Shown piece after piece: positions 17,132-26,519 of a stretch of DNA of 42,240 nucleotides. The DNA is taken from UHGV virus genome UHGV-0128348; one strand, given 5' to 3'. The notes under the pieces were generated by a model. The model ran no database searches. It saw only the letters and a program-made list of their open reading frames with translations, and had not been told where the DNA came from. The stretch's first letter is position 1. Every line of letters begins with the position of its first letter. This stretch comes from a virus. The position numbers were made by a program, and so were the translations under genes.

Positions 17132-18171
17132 AAATTACGCATTTCCATGACCGTTTGATCAAATCGCTCGGTTTCCAGTTCAACACCGATTCCACTCCGC
17201 CCGAGCAGAGCAGCTTGCTTTAGTGTGGAACCCGAACCAGCAAAGAAATCAGCTACGACATCCCCTGGCCAACTGCTTGCAGTAATGATCTGCTGAAGCA
17301 TATCGGCAGGTTTTTCGCATGGGTGCTTACCTGGATAAAACTGAACCGGCTTATGTGTCCAGACGTCGGTATATGGCACCGTGACCGACACGCTAAATGG
17401 GCGCCGTAACCGGTAATACTCCTGCTGAAGTTCAGAATACTTCCGGTTAAGTGATTGCCAGGTAGCGACAAGCTGGTGGTGAGGTTTTCCCAGTTCGTTG
17501 CGTGAGTGCTTATCCATGGCGATTTTTTGAAACAAAGCCTGCAACTTCAAATAATCGGCTTCATTCGGCAGTTGCCACTGGCTAAGGCCAAACCAGTGGG
17601 AAACCATATTTTTTTTACCCGTGGCTTCTGCAATCTGGGCCGACGTCACGCCAAGAGATTCCCGGGCATCCCGGAAGTAAGAAATTAAAGGCGTCATGAC
17701 GTGTTGCTTTAACTCATTACACTTTGCGGCATATCCATCGTCTTTGGGCCTGTATGGCCCCTGATAATGGTCGGCAAAAATGATACGCTCAGTTGCGGGG
17801 AAATAAGCGCGTAAGCTCTCCTTATTGCAGCCGTTCCATCGCCCTGATGGCTTAGCCCAGATGATATGGTTGAGCAAGTTAAACCGCTCTCTCACCAACA
17901 GCTCAATATCCGCTGCCAGGCGTTGCCCACAGAAGAGATACATGCTGCCGGCAGGTTTTAACACTCGCCAGAACTGTGCCAGACAGCTATCCAGCCAACG
18001 TAAATAGTCCTCGTCCCCCTTCCATTGGTTATCCCAGCCGTTTGGCTTCACCTTAAAATAAGGCGGATCGGTAACAATAAGATCAATGGAGTTATCGGGT
18101 ATCGATGGGAGGTATTGCAGGCAATCAGCATTGATTAATTCAATACTGGATATTTTTACAGTATTTTTCAT
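17122..18171 (-). CDS. DNA N6-adenine methyltransferase (DPPY motif, Dam-like phage methylase)
   Basis: 349-aa ORF with N-terminal ...LIVTDPPYF... and C-terminal ...FFAGSGSTL... AdoMet motif; last 10 nt overlap the tRNA-like gene. Confidence 0.8.
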   Translation of the reverse strand: MKNTVKISSIELINADCLQYLPSIPDNSIDLIVTDPPYFKVKPNGWDNQWKGDEDYLRWLDSCLAQFWRVLKPAGSMYLFCGQRLAADIELLVRERFNLLNHIIWAKPSGRWNGCNKESLRAYFPATERIIFADHYQGPYRPKDDGYAAKCNELKQHVMTPLISYFRDARESLGVTSAQIAEATGKKNMVSHWFGLSQWQLPNEADYLKLQALFQKIAMDKHSRNELGKPHHQLVATWQSLNRKYSELQQEYYRLRRPFSVSVTVPYTDVWTHKPVQFYPGKHPCEKPADMLQQIITASSWPGDVVADFFAGSGSTLKQAALLGRSGIGVELETERFDQTVMEMRNLLG

Positions 18172-18320
18172 AGATCAGTAAGCTTAACTCTGATAGGCTC
18201 ACTTTGCTTTTGCGCTAAAGCAGTGGGCCGTGGTTAGCTTGTGACCTGAAAGCATGAGCTGATGGCTGGTCGGGTGCTACAACACCCACCAGCCGCCCAT
18301 TTTCACAGCAAAAACCCCCA

Positions 18321-18512
18321 TTACTGAAGGCGCTTATAACATCCGAACTGATAATCAGATAACCCCGCCATTACCAGCTGCGTAAGTATGAGCTGGCAGC
18401 GTTCGCGGCTCAGGTGAGTATTCTGAGCAATCTCCCCAGCCGTAGCCGGTTTGTCACTTAACTCATCAAAAACAGCCTTGGCTGTTTCCGTCATATCTTG
18501 CTGATTTAGCAT
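18321..18512 (-). CDS. hypothetical small protein (possible HTH)
   Basis: ORF 18321..18572; likely start ATG 18512 with GAGGT RBS; first ORF after the late terminator. Confidence 0.4.
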   Translation of the reverse strand: MLNQQDMTETAKAVFDELSDKPATAGEIAQNTHLSRERCQLILTQLVMAGLSDYQFGCYKRLQ

Positions 18513-18611
18513 GTCTTTTACCTCAAATAAGTGGTGTGACATACAGATAACTCTGGTGACGGTATCCAGCAAGAACTAATTGAAAGAGAAGAAGATTTTA
18601 TCGATTTTAGC

Positions 18612-18640
18612 CCATAAAAAAACCCGCTCGCTGGCGGGTT
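18612..18640 (-). terminator. late terminator (tR'-like) downstream of Q
   Basis: Strong hairpin AACCCGCCAGCGAGCGGGTT followed on the minus strand by T7. Confidence 0.6.
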
Positions 18641-18722
18641 AATCAACGTTGAACATACAAAGCCCATCGTTATAGATAAAATTACACAAAAGCGGCAACT
18701 TTGCAAGTAACGTGTCGCTAAA
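18641..18722 (-). promoter_or_regulatory. putative late promoter (pR'-like) with Q-utilisation region
   Basis: Minus-strand TTGCAA -N16- TAATTT between Q stop and the terminator; assigned by lambdoid analogy. Confidence 0.4.
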
Positions 18723-19553
18723 TTATGCGATATTTATCAAATCAGAAACCTTTGTCACACATTTAAGTTGTGAGTCGGTATAACTCTCTTCCTCAAAGCA
18801 TTTTGTAACCAGACTTTCATAGAAAGGTTTCCAGCTGTATCGCCAGGTTCGTTCTGGCAGACCAGGCAGCTCAGAGAGCATACCCCTGTAAGCATTTGAA
18901 GACTTAGGACGACTATAACCGCGGCCTTCACAACGTTTACATACTTTGTAGACAGGCACTCCCTGCATCTCTGACTCTTTACGGTCCAGGGTTTTTCCCG
19001 TACCGCCACACTGGCATCGCTTGCTGATTTTCCCGGTGCCGCCGCATTTGAAGCAGAGAACATGGTCAACCTCTTCCACCTGACGTTTTACTTCAAAATC
19101 CGAAGGTGACTGCCCGAGGTCTTTTGCCCATTGCGGTAATCTCATTTTGTAGTGGCTTTTTTCCACCATTGAGGTTTTTTTTATGAAGCCTGAACCAGAA
19201 CACTTCCTGCAATCTACGCTGTCAGCTGCAGACGAGGCATAGTCGTTATAAGCGAACCGAGCTATTATCAGCATACACAGCGGGAACTTCTTCCCTGCTG
19301 CTTTTCTTATCGATCGAGGCGCTTTTGATTTTGCATATTCAGCCAACCAACTGACGGATGCCTTTCTGTCGTGTTCGCTGATTCCAGCTTTACCCAAAAA
19401 CATTGACAGGCCTATTCCTGCCTCTGCCTGTGTCATCCCCAGAGCGGCCATTACATCTGTCACAGTGAGTTGCTCGCTGGCGGTTGCACGACCGCTATCG
19501 GAAATATGCATTCCTTTGGGCGCGAAAAATTTGGGAATTGATTCAATATTCAT
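18723..19553 (-). CDS. late antitermination protein Q-like
   Basis: ORF 18723..19571 begins with GTG; likely ATG start at 19553; paired CxxC motifs (CRKCSGSG, CFKCGGTG, CQCGGTG, CKRCEGRG); upstream of late terminator. Confidence 0.65.
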   Translation of the reverse strand: MNIESIPKFFAPKGMHISDSGRATASEQLTVTDVMAALGMTQAEAGIGLSMFLGKAGISEHDRKASVSWLAEYAKSKAPRSIRKAAGKKFPLCMLIIARFAYNDYASSAADSVDCRKCSGSGFIKKTSMVEKSHYKMRLPQWAKDLGQSPSDFEVKRQVEEVDHVLCFKCGGTGKISKRCQCGGTGKTLDRKESEMQGVPVYKVCKRCEGRGYSRPKSSNAYRGMLSELPGLPERTWRYSWKPFYESLVTKCFEEESYTDSQLKCVTKVSDLINIA

Positions 19554-19571
19554 GCTCAGTACTCCATACAC

Positions 19572-20627
19572 TCAAGCTTTTACAATGACGCCGACACCCA
19601 TTACCCGATCCAGAAAACGAGCCCACAGCTCTAACTGAGTGCCATATTTCTTTTCGAACTCTGATGTATTGGCGTGTAATTCATCGTGATGCACTCTGCA
19701 CAGTGGTATCACGAAGAGATCATGGGCCTTTGTTGCGGTACCTCCCAGACCATTCCCTATTATATGGTGTGGATCGTCTGATGGTTGCCTACAGCATTCA
19801 CATGGCTGAGTTTTAACCCAACGTGTGTAAACTTCGCAGGTCCAGCGCCGGCGCTTTGGGCGGCGCATAAATGATTCGGGGCTGTTCGGATCGACACTAA
19901 GCCTCAGAATGGGTTTACTTTCAATCTGAGGTTGCTCAATGAGTACGCTGGCGTCCGCCAGGTCTATGCCCTCAACAAGATCCTGAAGGATTTCACCTGC
20001 AGCAAATGACGGGACAATATCGCTATCCTTATAAACGGACAGGAAAGGTTCCTCAGGCAGTCTTAAGGCCTGTTGCGCCATCGTCTCGGTTATTGCGTCA
20101 GCAATGCCGGATTTCACAGCCCACCAGCAGAGCTCCGCCATAGATAATTCGCGCTCCTTATTGTATCCAAGGCTGATCAACACCCTTTCAATCACCCACT
20201 GAACCAGATTCTGATAAGCCAGCTCTGACAACATTTCGGTGGTCTGCTCACGTAATTCATTATCACAATGCCAGCAGACAACCATGGCGCCAGGCGGATG
20301 CCGCATAGTCACTAATTCATGGTGGTGATAGTGGGAATGCGGGTACTGGCACTCTCTGACATGTCGTAGAAGCCAGGCCTCAAGAGCGTTAATTCCACCC
20401 GCTGCGTTAATAACCCTCTCATCCCTCATAAAAAAACGCAGAATGTCCATTTCTGCAAGCGGCTGACGTGCATCGGCGATCCGCCCAGTGGGCAGTGTTT
20501 TCATCTTCTCTGGCTGACGCTCTATCAGGACACGACCGCCGGTAAAGAGAGACATCAATTCGCGGCCTGGTTTGAAAAGAACAACGCCCAGGCGCGGCAC
20601 AATTTCCGGAGTAAGCAATGCTCGCAC
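19572..20627 (-). CDS. DUF968-like phage protein (nin-region)
   Basis: 351-aa ORF with C-terminal ...PHHIIGNGLGGTATKAHDLFVIPLCRVHHDELH... motif. Confidence 0.6.
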   Translation of the reverse strand: MRALLTPEIVPRLGVVLFKPGRELMSLFTGGRVLIERQPEKMKTLPTGRIADARQPLAEMDILRFFMRDERVINAAGGINALEAWLLRHVRECQYPHSHYHHHELVTMRHPPGAMVVCWHCDNELREQTTEMLSELAYQNLVQWVIERVLISLGYNKERELSMAELCWWAVKSGIADAITETMAQQALRLPEEPFLSVYKDSDIVPSFAAGEILQDLVEGIDLADASVLIEQPQIESKPILRLSVDPNSPESFMRRPKRRRWTCEVYTRWVKTQPCECCRQPSDDPHHIIGNGLGGTATKAHDLFVIPLCRVHHDELHANTSEFEKKYGTQLELWARFLDRVMGVGVIVKA

Positions 20628-20635
20628 AATCCCCC

Positions 20636-21166
20636 CTAAACAGTCAGATCTTTAAGCTTCTGCACGGCTTTACCAACTTCAGCCATAGCATCTACGAACT
20701 CGTCAAACTTCCTGCTGGCCATTCCATATGCCTGGAGAATCTCCAACTTCAAGGGATCGAGCTGTTTCTTAATTTCTGCACGATCTCCGGCTTTTTTCTC
20801 CGCTTCCTCTGCCGCTTTGATCAAGGCGTCAGCCTGTTTACGTAATGCTTCCGGAGTTACTTCGAGCTGTTTATTCATTTTGCATTCCATCGTCGGCTGA
20901 GGAGGTGTCATTACAGGCGCCACAGATTTGTGACCATATTTAGGGTGGTGCAAGGTAGTAGACCTTCCATCATCTATCACGAAGAGCAGCCCGCTTTCCC
21001 GGATAATATCAATCAGAGTCTCTTTGTCTTTTCGATTGAGCCCGCTATATGCCGCCACTTTGTGCGTCAGGTGGGTTAGCGTTGCGCCTTCTGGTTGCTT
21101 CTCTACAAAACGCTTTACCCTGGAGAGAACTGGTTGCAGGTGTGGAGGTATCATTCTCATGTTCAC
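20636..21166 (-). CDS. hypothetical protein
   Basis: 176-aa ORF with coiled-coil-like C-terminus. Confidence 0.5.
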   Translation of the reverse strand: MNMRMIPPHLQPVLSRVKRFVEKQPEGATLTHLTHKVAAYSGLNRKDKETLIDIIRESGLLFVIDDGRSTTLHHPKYGHKSVAPVMTPPQPTMECKMNKQLEVTPEALRKQADALIKAAEEAEKKAGDRAEIKKQLDPLKLEILQAYGMASRKFDEFVDAMAEVGKAVQKLKDLTV

Positions 21167-21169
21167 CCC

Positions 21170-22012
21170 TTACTGCGTGACAACGCCAATGAGCTTTAAA
21201 AGCTCAGGAAATTTCGATTCGAAGAAGTGCGGTTGCGTCTCACGTGGATTTGCCGGGCTGGTGATGTTTTTACCGTACAGACAACCTTTTGCCGTAACAG
21301 ACCAGAATCTTTTCACGCCATTGATACCCGTTCGGCTGCGACGCTCCTTCTGCTCGACTACGCCGTGACCAGCCATAAGGTGATAAGCCTGGTTCGCGGT
21401 CATTCTGATGTTGTTAGCTTTAAGCAAAGCGCTAAGAGACAGCGTTGGTCTGCTGGAACCATCCTGCGCGCCAGCTGGTGCATCAATGGCATATGAAGGC
21501 ATTAAATCAGGCAGCCCTGCTACCTGCTGAAGCTTCTGATATGCCCCGAGCTTTGACGAATTAGAGAGATTGAGCATTTTGGCTGCAGATTCCAGGAGGA
21601 TTATGCCAGCCTGAATGCGATCGGTATTGACGGTTGCAGCCCCAGCAGTGTGGAGCGCGTCAAACGTTCTGATGACCTTCAGATTAAAAACAGCGCTGAT
21701 CCACATCGCGTAGGCATACACCAACTCACGGCAAACATAGGTACCTTGCTCATTTCCGCCGCGGATGACACTTACAGGTTCTGAAATATCCGAGTTGCTA
21801 TTTTGCAACTCGCCTATCAATTGCGCAGTTTGTTCGTTACGGAGCCAGAATGCAGGCTTATGGCGGTCAAGGGAGCCGGAAGCACGATGGAGATCGTTTA
21901 GGCAATAACGACCAAGGACATCACGACGAACAGAAATACCATCAATAACAAAAAAAGTGTGATTATTGGATGCAGCAGCACCCATGACGTGGTTAGTCAT
22001 AGCTTTCTCCAT
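21170..22012 (-). CDS. KilA-N domain protein (antirepressor-like)
   Basis: 280-aa ORF with N-terminal ...FFVIDGISVRRDVLGRYCLNDLHRASG... KilA-N-like region. Confidence 0.65.
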   Translation of the reverse strand: MEKAMTNHVMGAAASNNHTFFVIDGISVRRDVLGRYCLNDLHRASGSLDRHKPAFWLRNEQTAQLIGELQNSNSDISEPVSVIRGGNEQGTYVCRELVYAYAMWISAVFNLKVIRTFDALHTAGAATVNTDRIQAGIILLESAAKMLNLSNSSKLGAYQKLQQVAGLPDLMPSYAIDAPAGAQDGSSRPTLSLSALLKANNIRMTANQAYHLMAGHGVVEQKERRSRTGINGVKRFWSVTAKGCLYGKNITSPANPRETQPHFFESKFPELLKLIGVVTQ

Positions 22013-22085
22013 ACATTTTTATGTGACGAAGGGCCTGCACGCCCGAGTTGGCACTCTTTGACATTACTGCCATATCGGCGAACTT

Positions 22086-22484
22086 TCAACCCACAGCTGT
22101 ACATGTATCCACCACTTTTTGATAGCAGACTATGGTGATTTCTACCCTACCTCCTTCGACGATTTCACCCCATTCAATAGCCATACGCTTAACCTGGTTG
22201 TCGTCCTCCCAGATACCGGCATAAGTCAAAGCATCAAGAAGTGCCTTGTTGTAATTGTCCAGGTCACGCCGGCGATAGTCTGGCGGATAGAGAATAATTT
22301 CTACAGCTGCTGGCGCGGTAGATGGTTTTGGTATTGCACGCAGTTGCTCAATGATCGCTGACCGTACTGCATGTTTGAATTTACGGCCGGCTGCGCTGAC
22401 AAGGTGTTTACCTTTTGAGGGCCCCTTGTTTGGGGACCGCCAGTAGGTGTTCACGCTGGGTGGGAATGGAAGAATAAATTTCAT
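22086..22484 (-). CDS. rusA: Holliday junction resolvase RusA
   Basis: 132-aa ORF MKFILPFPPSVNTYWR...DLDNYNKALLDALT... matching RusA hallmarks. Confidence 0.8.
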   Translation of the reverse strand: MKFILPFPPSVNTYWRSPNKGPSKGKHLVSAAGRKFKHAVRSAIIEQLRAIPKPSTAPAAVEIILYPPDYRRRDLDNYNKALLDALTYAGIWEDDNQVKRMAIEWGEIVEGGRVEITIVCYQKVVDTCTAVG

Positions 22485-22957
22485 TCAGCCTCCAGCACTA
22501 TCTTCAACTCAAACGGAACATCTCCTCCGCAATAGCAGAGCGGGCCAAGGTCAGACATAAGGCTCCACAGGGTCATTGACGTATAGCCATTTTCGTCTGT
22601 TACCGGGGGCGAAAAGTCCCCGAAGATCCTCGGGTGCTGGATTCGATTCTGCTCGTGTTGTTTTTCCAAATGTCTGAGGGAGACTTCATTAAGTTTCACT
22701 TTTACGATGCTGTTGAGATTGACCGATATTTCTCTGGCCAACAGCGAAGGGGTGATACTGATACCGCGAGAAACCCCGCGGGTAATCTTGATGGCCCCTT
22801 TTCTCTCCAGCGCCTTGAGGTGCGTTGCTGCTGCATTGGGGGACCGGCACCCCAGCATTCCGGTCAGTTCGTAAGTTGTAGGCGGAAAACCATGTTTACG
22901 CTGATATTCGATCAGGAGGTCCAGGACCTCCTGCTGCCTTAAGGTCAAGGAAGTCAT
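22481..22957 (-). CDS. LexA-like winged-helix DNA-binding protein with uncharacterised C-terminal domain
   Basis: ORF 22481..22984; likely ATG 22957 overlapping the C5-MTase stop (ATGA); ...LTLRQQEVLDLLIEYQRKHGFPPTTYELTGMLGCRSPNAAATHLKALERKGAIKI... resembles LexA N-terminal DBD. Confidence 0.55.
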   Translation of the reverse strand: MTSLTLRQQEVLDLLIEYQRKHGFPPTTYELTGMLGCRSPNAAATHLKALERKGAIKITRGVSRGISITPSLLAREISVNLNSIVKVKLNEVSLRHLEKQHEQNRIQHPRIFGDFSPPVTDENGYTSMTLWSLMSDLGPLCYCGGDVPFELKIVLEAE

Positions 22958-24936
22958 GCTGCCTGCTCCTCTCTGTTCACGCACATTTCGGGTAAGTTGG
23001 CGCGTACCAGCGCTTCGGCGAACGGCGGCGGGACGGCATTGCCACAGCGCGCGACCTGCTTATCTTTCGCGTATTTCACGCCGCGGTAATCCTGGTCAAT
23101 GATGTACCACTCCGGAAAGCCCTGCGCCCGGTAGAGCTCGTGCGGCTGCAGCATGCGCATGCCGATATCAACGATTCGGTAAGTCACCCCGCCAATTTCC
23201 ACCAGTCCGGTGCTATCCTTCCCGCAGTATTCCTGCAGGAACGCCAGCACCTGCTGCGCGCGCTCGTCGTCGTAGTCCTCGACCGCCAGGGTCGTTTTAA
23301 CCTCCCCCACGTGCTGGCCGCCAGCAGTGATAGTCGGCATCGGCTCGTCAGTAGTCTGGCCGTCACGGCAAGTACCGCGCAGTTTAACCAGATGAGAAGC
23401 GACTAATGCGTGGTGATCGACAGTCGTTACTGAATGCGCTGGCTCATCCAGCCCCACGCCGGCGCCCTGATAATTCCCACCGTAGTGTTTTGCCAGGAAC
23501 GCACCAACTACGGCATGTTTCCCACCACCAGCCACAACAGTTCCTAGCGGCTTATCCAGTCCTGGCACGCGAGGAGCCTGGCCGGGCCGTTCTCCGTATC
23601 CCATTTGAATGAGCGTCGGCACAACCAGCTGCGATTTACCGCCGCCGCCCGCGGTGATTGTTGCGCTTGGTTCATCGGCACGGTGTCCGACGCTGGCGCC
23701 AAACTGACGAGCGATGACCGGCGCAACAACACAAGCTCGTGACTCTTTCAGGATGGTGTGAGCGGGTTTATCGAGCGGGCGTGGTTTAGCCTGGTACTCG
23801 CTGCCGCCATTGCCAGCCAGGAACGGAGCCAGCTCTGCTTCAACAATACCCATAGCGTGACCATTCCCGCCCGGGCGTTTTGCGGTACCGGCCGTCACCG
23901 TCGGCAACGGATCGGTGACTTCCTGCCCGGTAGCTCCGGTTCGGAATTTTGTCAGATGAGGTACCGCAATTGCGTAGCCGTGGGTTTTCGTAATCGTCTG
24001 TAGCGGATCGTCCAGCGCCTGTCCCCGGAAACAGTCATATTTGCCACGTGTCGTTGTGTGATTGCACTTCACGATGAATGGCGAAGCACTTTCGATAACA
24101 AAGCGCTGAATGCCGCGGGCAATCCGTTTTAGCGTATTCTCTGCCAGTGACTTTTTGCGACCGAAGATGCTCGGCGCGGGGATTGACCAGTCTATGCATT
24201 CCGCAGCTGTACGCCACGGCTCAAGCTGGCCCGCCAGCACGGCGGCAGACTTCGGATCCCCGTGCGTGGCTTCCGGCCAGACTATCGGTTTCCCGTCCCG
24301 GCGCATCACCATGAAGAACCGCTTACGGATGGTCGGCGCGCCATAATCGCAGGCGCGCAGCTCGCGAAAATCGACGACATAACCCAGCCCGGCAATTAAG
24401 CGCTTGGCCTGCTCGCTATCCGGTGAAAACTCCAGAAACTCGCAACACTCCACCAGTGCAGGATGATCTGCTGGAATACCGGTGGTAAGCATCCCGACAA
24501 ATGCATTGAAAGTTTCACCGATGCGTGCCGGATCCGGTCGCATTTCTGCCGCGAGTAACGGACCCCACGTCTTAAACTCTTCGACGTTTTCCAGCATCAT
24601 GACTCGCGGGCCAACATCCAGCGCCCAACGAATGACGATCCATGCCAGCCCTCGAATATCTTTCTCTACTGGTTTAGCACCTTTCGCTTTAGAAAAGTGA
24701 CGACAGTCAGGCGAGAACCATGCCAGGCCGACAGGCTTACCACTGGTAGCGGCTAATGGGGATACATCAAACACACTTTCGCAATAGTGAAGCGTGTCGG
24801 GATGGTTAGTGCGGTGCATAGCAACGGCGTTAACATCGTGGTTAATCGCGATATCAACGCTACGCCCTATCGCCAGCTCAATACCTGTACTGGCGCCACC
24901 GCCACCAGCAAAATTATCGACAATAATCTCACGCAT
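22954..24936 (-). CDS. DNA (cytosine-5)-methyltransferase with long repeat-containing variable region
   Basis: 660-aa ORF; motif I FAGGGG, PC-type FSPDCRHFS, ENV (MLENVEEF), motif X RCGNAV; seven D(E/K)P..T(I/V)TAGG-like repeats between them. Confidence 0.8.
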   Translation of the reverse strand: MREIIVDNFAGGGGASTGIELAIGRSVDIAINHDVNAVAMHRTNHPDTLHYCESVFDVSPLAATSGKPVGLAWFSPDCRHFSKAKGAKPVEKDIRGLAWIVIRWALDVGPRVMMLENVEEFKTWGPLLAAEMRPDPARIGETFNAFVGMLTTGIPADHPALVECCEFLEFSPDSEQAKRLIAGLGYVVDFRELRACDYGAPTIRKRFFMVMRRDGKPIVWPEATHGDPKSAAVLAGQLEPWRTAAECIDWSIPAPSIFGRKKSLAENTLKRIARGIQRFVIESASPFIVKCNHTTTRGKYDCFRGQALDDPLQTITKTHGYAIAVPHLTKFRTGATGQEVTDPLPTVTAGTAKRPGGNGHAMGIVEAELAPFLAGNGGSEYQAKPRPLDKPAHTILKESRACVVAPVIARQFGASVGHRADEPSATITAGGGGKSQLVVPTLIQMGYGERPGQAPRVPGLDKPLGTVVAGGGKHAVVGAFLAKHYGGNYQGAGVGLDEPAHSVTTVDHHALVASHLVKLRGTCRDGQTTDEPMPTITAGGQHVGEVKTTLAVEDYDDERAQQVLAFLQEYCGKDSTGLVEIGGVTYRIVDIGMRMLQPHELYRAQGFPEWYIIDQDYRGVKYAKDKQVARCGNAVPPPFAEALVRANLPEMCVNREEQAA

Positions 24937-25882
24937 GAGCGGTCCCCCTCATGCTGCCGACCAGCCCACCAGCAACGGTGATGATTTCGCTGGTGGGCAC
25001 GCGCTCCAGCCACAACTGGTTAATGTGGGCCTTCAGCTTGTTCTGCTGGGAGAACTCCAGATCCTCTGCGCCTTGTACCTGTCCAAAGACGAGTCCAACT
25101 TCCAGTGGCCAGATCCGGGATTCAGGCTCAGCCAATGATGCAACAGCATCGGGGATGATCACTTCAGGAGACTGAACTGGCGAAACTGGTGACAGGAATT
25201 TTCCTGCAGCAAACTCAGCCAGCGCCATACTTGCGCGCCCTTTTGCTTCCAGCTCAACGCGATCGATATAGCTAAAATGTTCACCGCGCCAGGTCTTATC
25301 AAATACCGCAATGGCCCCGGCAAAGAATGCGCTGGTGGGCTTCTGCTTTTCGTCGGCCGGCACAAACCACGTTGGGAGATCGAATCCAATACGACCACGA
25401 ATAAACATGATGTGATCGGCATATTCCGGCCACCATGTTTCACTTGTTGCTGACTTCACGAGGTAAATGTAACGACCACCCTTTTCACGCTGCTCGGCGG
25501 TATAGTTCATAATATGAGTCATGCCAGTGATGGCTTGTTTTTCATGGTACTGCGAACGGCTGTACGGCGGATTAGCAAAGGCCGCTCCTCCGAGTTCTAC
25601 CAAACGACCAGACCAGTCCTGCGTCAGCGCATTATCTTCAGCGGTATACCATGCCGGACATTTTGTATTGCTGTCGTCTGCAAACAGGTCCAGTACCAGC
25701 GGGCCAAACATAGCGTTAACGCCCCAGAACAGCAGATCAGGGGTACGCCATTGATCCCCGACTTCTTTTAAATAATGCGCACTACGCTGGCGCTGTTCCT
25801 CAAGTGCCAGGCAATAAGGGCTGACGGTTTTAGTTAAAGTTTGCTCTTCTGCGGTCATAGCTTCTTGTACTTCCTGACTCAT
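24929..25882 (-). CDS. phage N6-adenine DNA methyltransferase (NPPY motif)
   Basis: 317-aa ORF with ...AFANPPYS... motif; overlaps C5-MTase start by 8 nt. Confidence 0.65.
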   Translation of the reverse strand: MSQEVQEAMTAEEQTLTKTVSPYCLALEEQRQRSAHYLKEVGDQWRTPDLLFWGVNAMFGPLVLDLFADDSNTKCPAWYTAEDNALTQDWSGRLVELGGAAFANPPYSRSQYHEKQAITGMTHIMNYTAEQREKGGRYIYLVKSATSETWWPEYADHIMFIRGRIGFDLPTWFVPADEKQKPTSAFFAGAIAVFDKTWRGEHFSYIDRVELEAKGRASMALAEFAAGKFLSPVSPVQSPEVIIPDAVASLAEPESRIWPLEVGLVFGQVQGAEDLEFSQQNKLKAHINQLWLERVPTSEIITVAGGLVGSMRGTAHA

Positions 25883-26073
25883 AGTTTTCCCCTGCGCTGA
25901 TCAGCATCAACAAGTGCTCTCAGTAACCAGTAACGGCGATCAAAGCTGAAAAGGTCATCTCTGAGGAGTGCGTATTTTCTGCGAAAAATAACGTCGTGCT
26001 GCCACCAGTAACGCCAGTGATGCAAACGCACAAGGCGCCGGAGACTTATCAAAATCTTCTTCAATCGGAGCAC
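25879..26073 (-). CDS. hypothetical small basic protein
   Basis: 64-aa Arg/Trp-rich ORF in overlapping operon context; weak. Confidence 0.3.
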   Translation of the reverse strand: MLRLKKILISLRRLVRLHHWRYWWQHDVIFRRKYALLRDDLFSFDRRYWLLRALVDADQRRGKL

Positions 26074-26519
26074 AAGTCACCTCCGCAGTAATTTCCTGCC
26101 AGATAGCATGACCCGGCGGAATCATTCATGTTTCTGGCGTTTCGAACAGAAGCATTCTTAAGACGCAGGTACCGCTCTCTTGCTTTAGCCGTACAGTTGC
26201 TGTCACAAAGTTGCTGCCATACCGTCGCCGCACGGCGGTAATAGCGTTTCTCTTCCAGCTTTTTGGCTGTCGCTTCAAGGGCAAGAATCTCCCCCGAAAG
26301 CCCACCAGGCAGGTACTCTTCAATATCGATGGATCCCGCTACGAAGTAGATAAACCCACCAGTAACTTCAACGCTGGCAAGTTCCCCGTCGTAGTACAGG
26401 CGATGAACAGCGCTCTTCACTGTTACCGGTTTGGTTTCAGGAAATGCCGCAGTGATATCGCGCAGCATTTTGCCTGGATTCTTCTCAATAAATTCAAAGA
26501 TCGACTTGGCTATGTTCAT
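26061..26519 (-). CDS. hypothetical protein (possible PerC-like C-terminal region)
   Basis: 152-aa ORF directly downstream of replication initiator gene. Confidence 0.45.
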   Translation of the reverse strand: MNIAKSIFEFIEKNPGKMLRDITAAFPETKPVTVKSAVHRLYYDGELASVEVTGGFIYFVAGSIDIEEYLPGGLSGEILALEATAKKLEEKRYYRRAATVWQQLCDSNCTAKARERYLRLKNASVRNARNMNDSAGSCYLAGNYCGGDLCSD

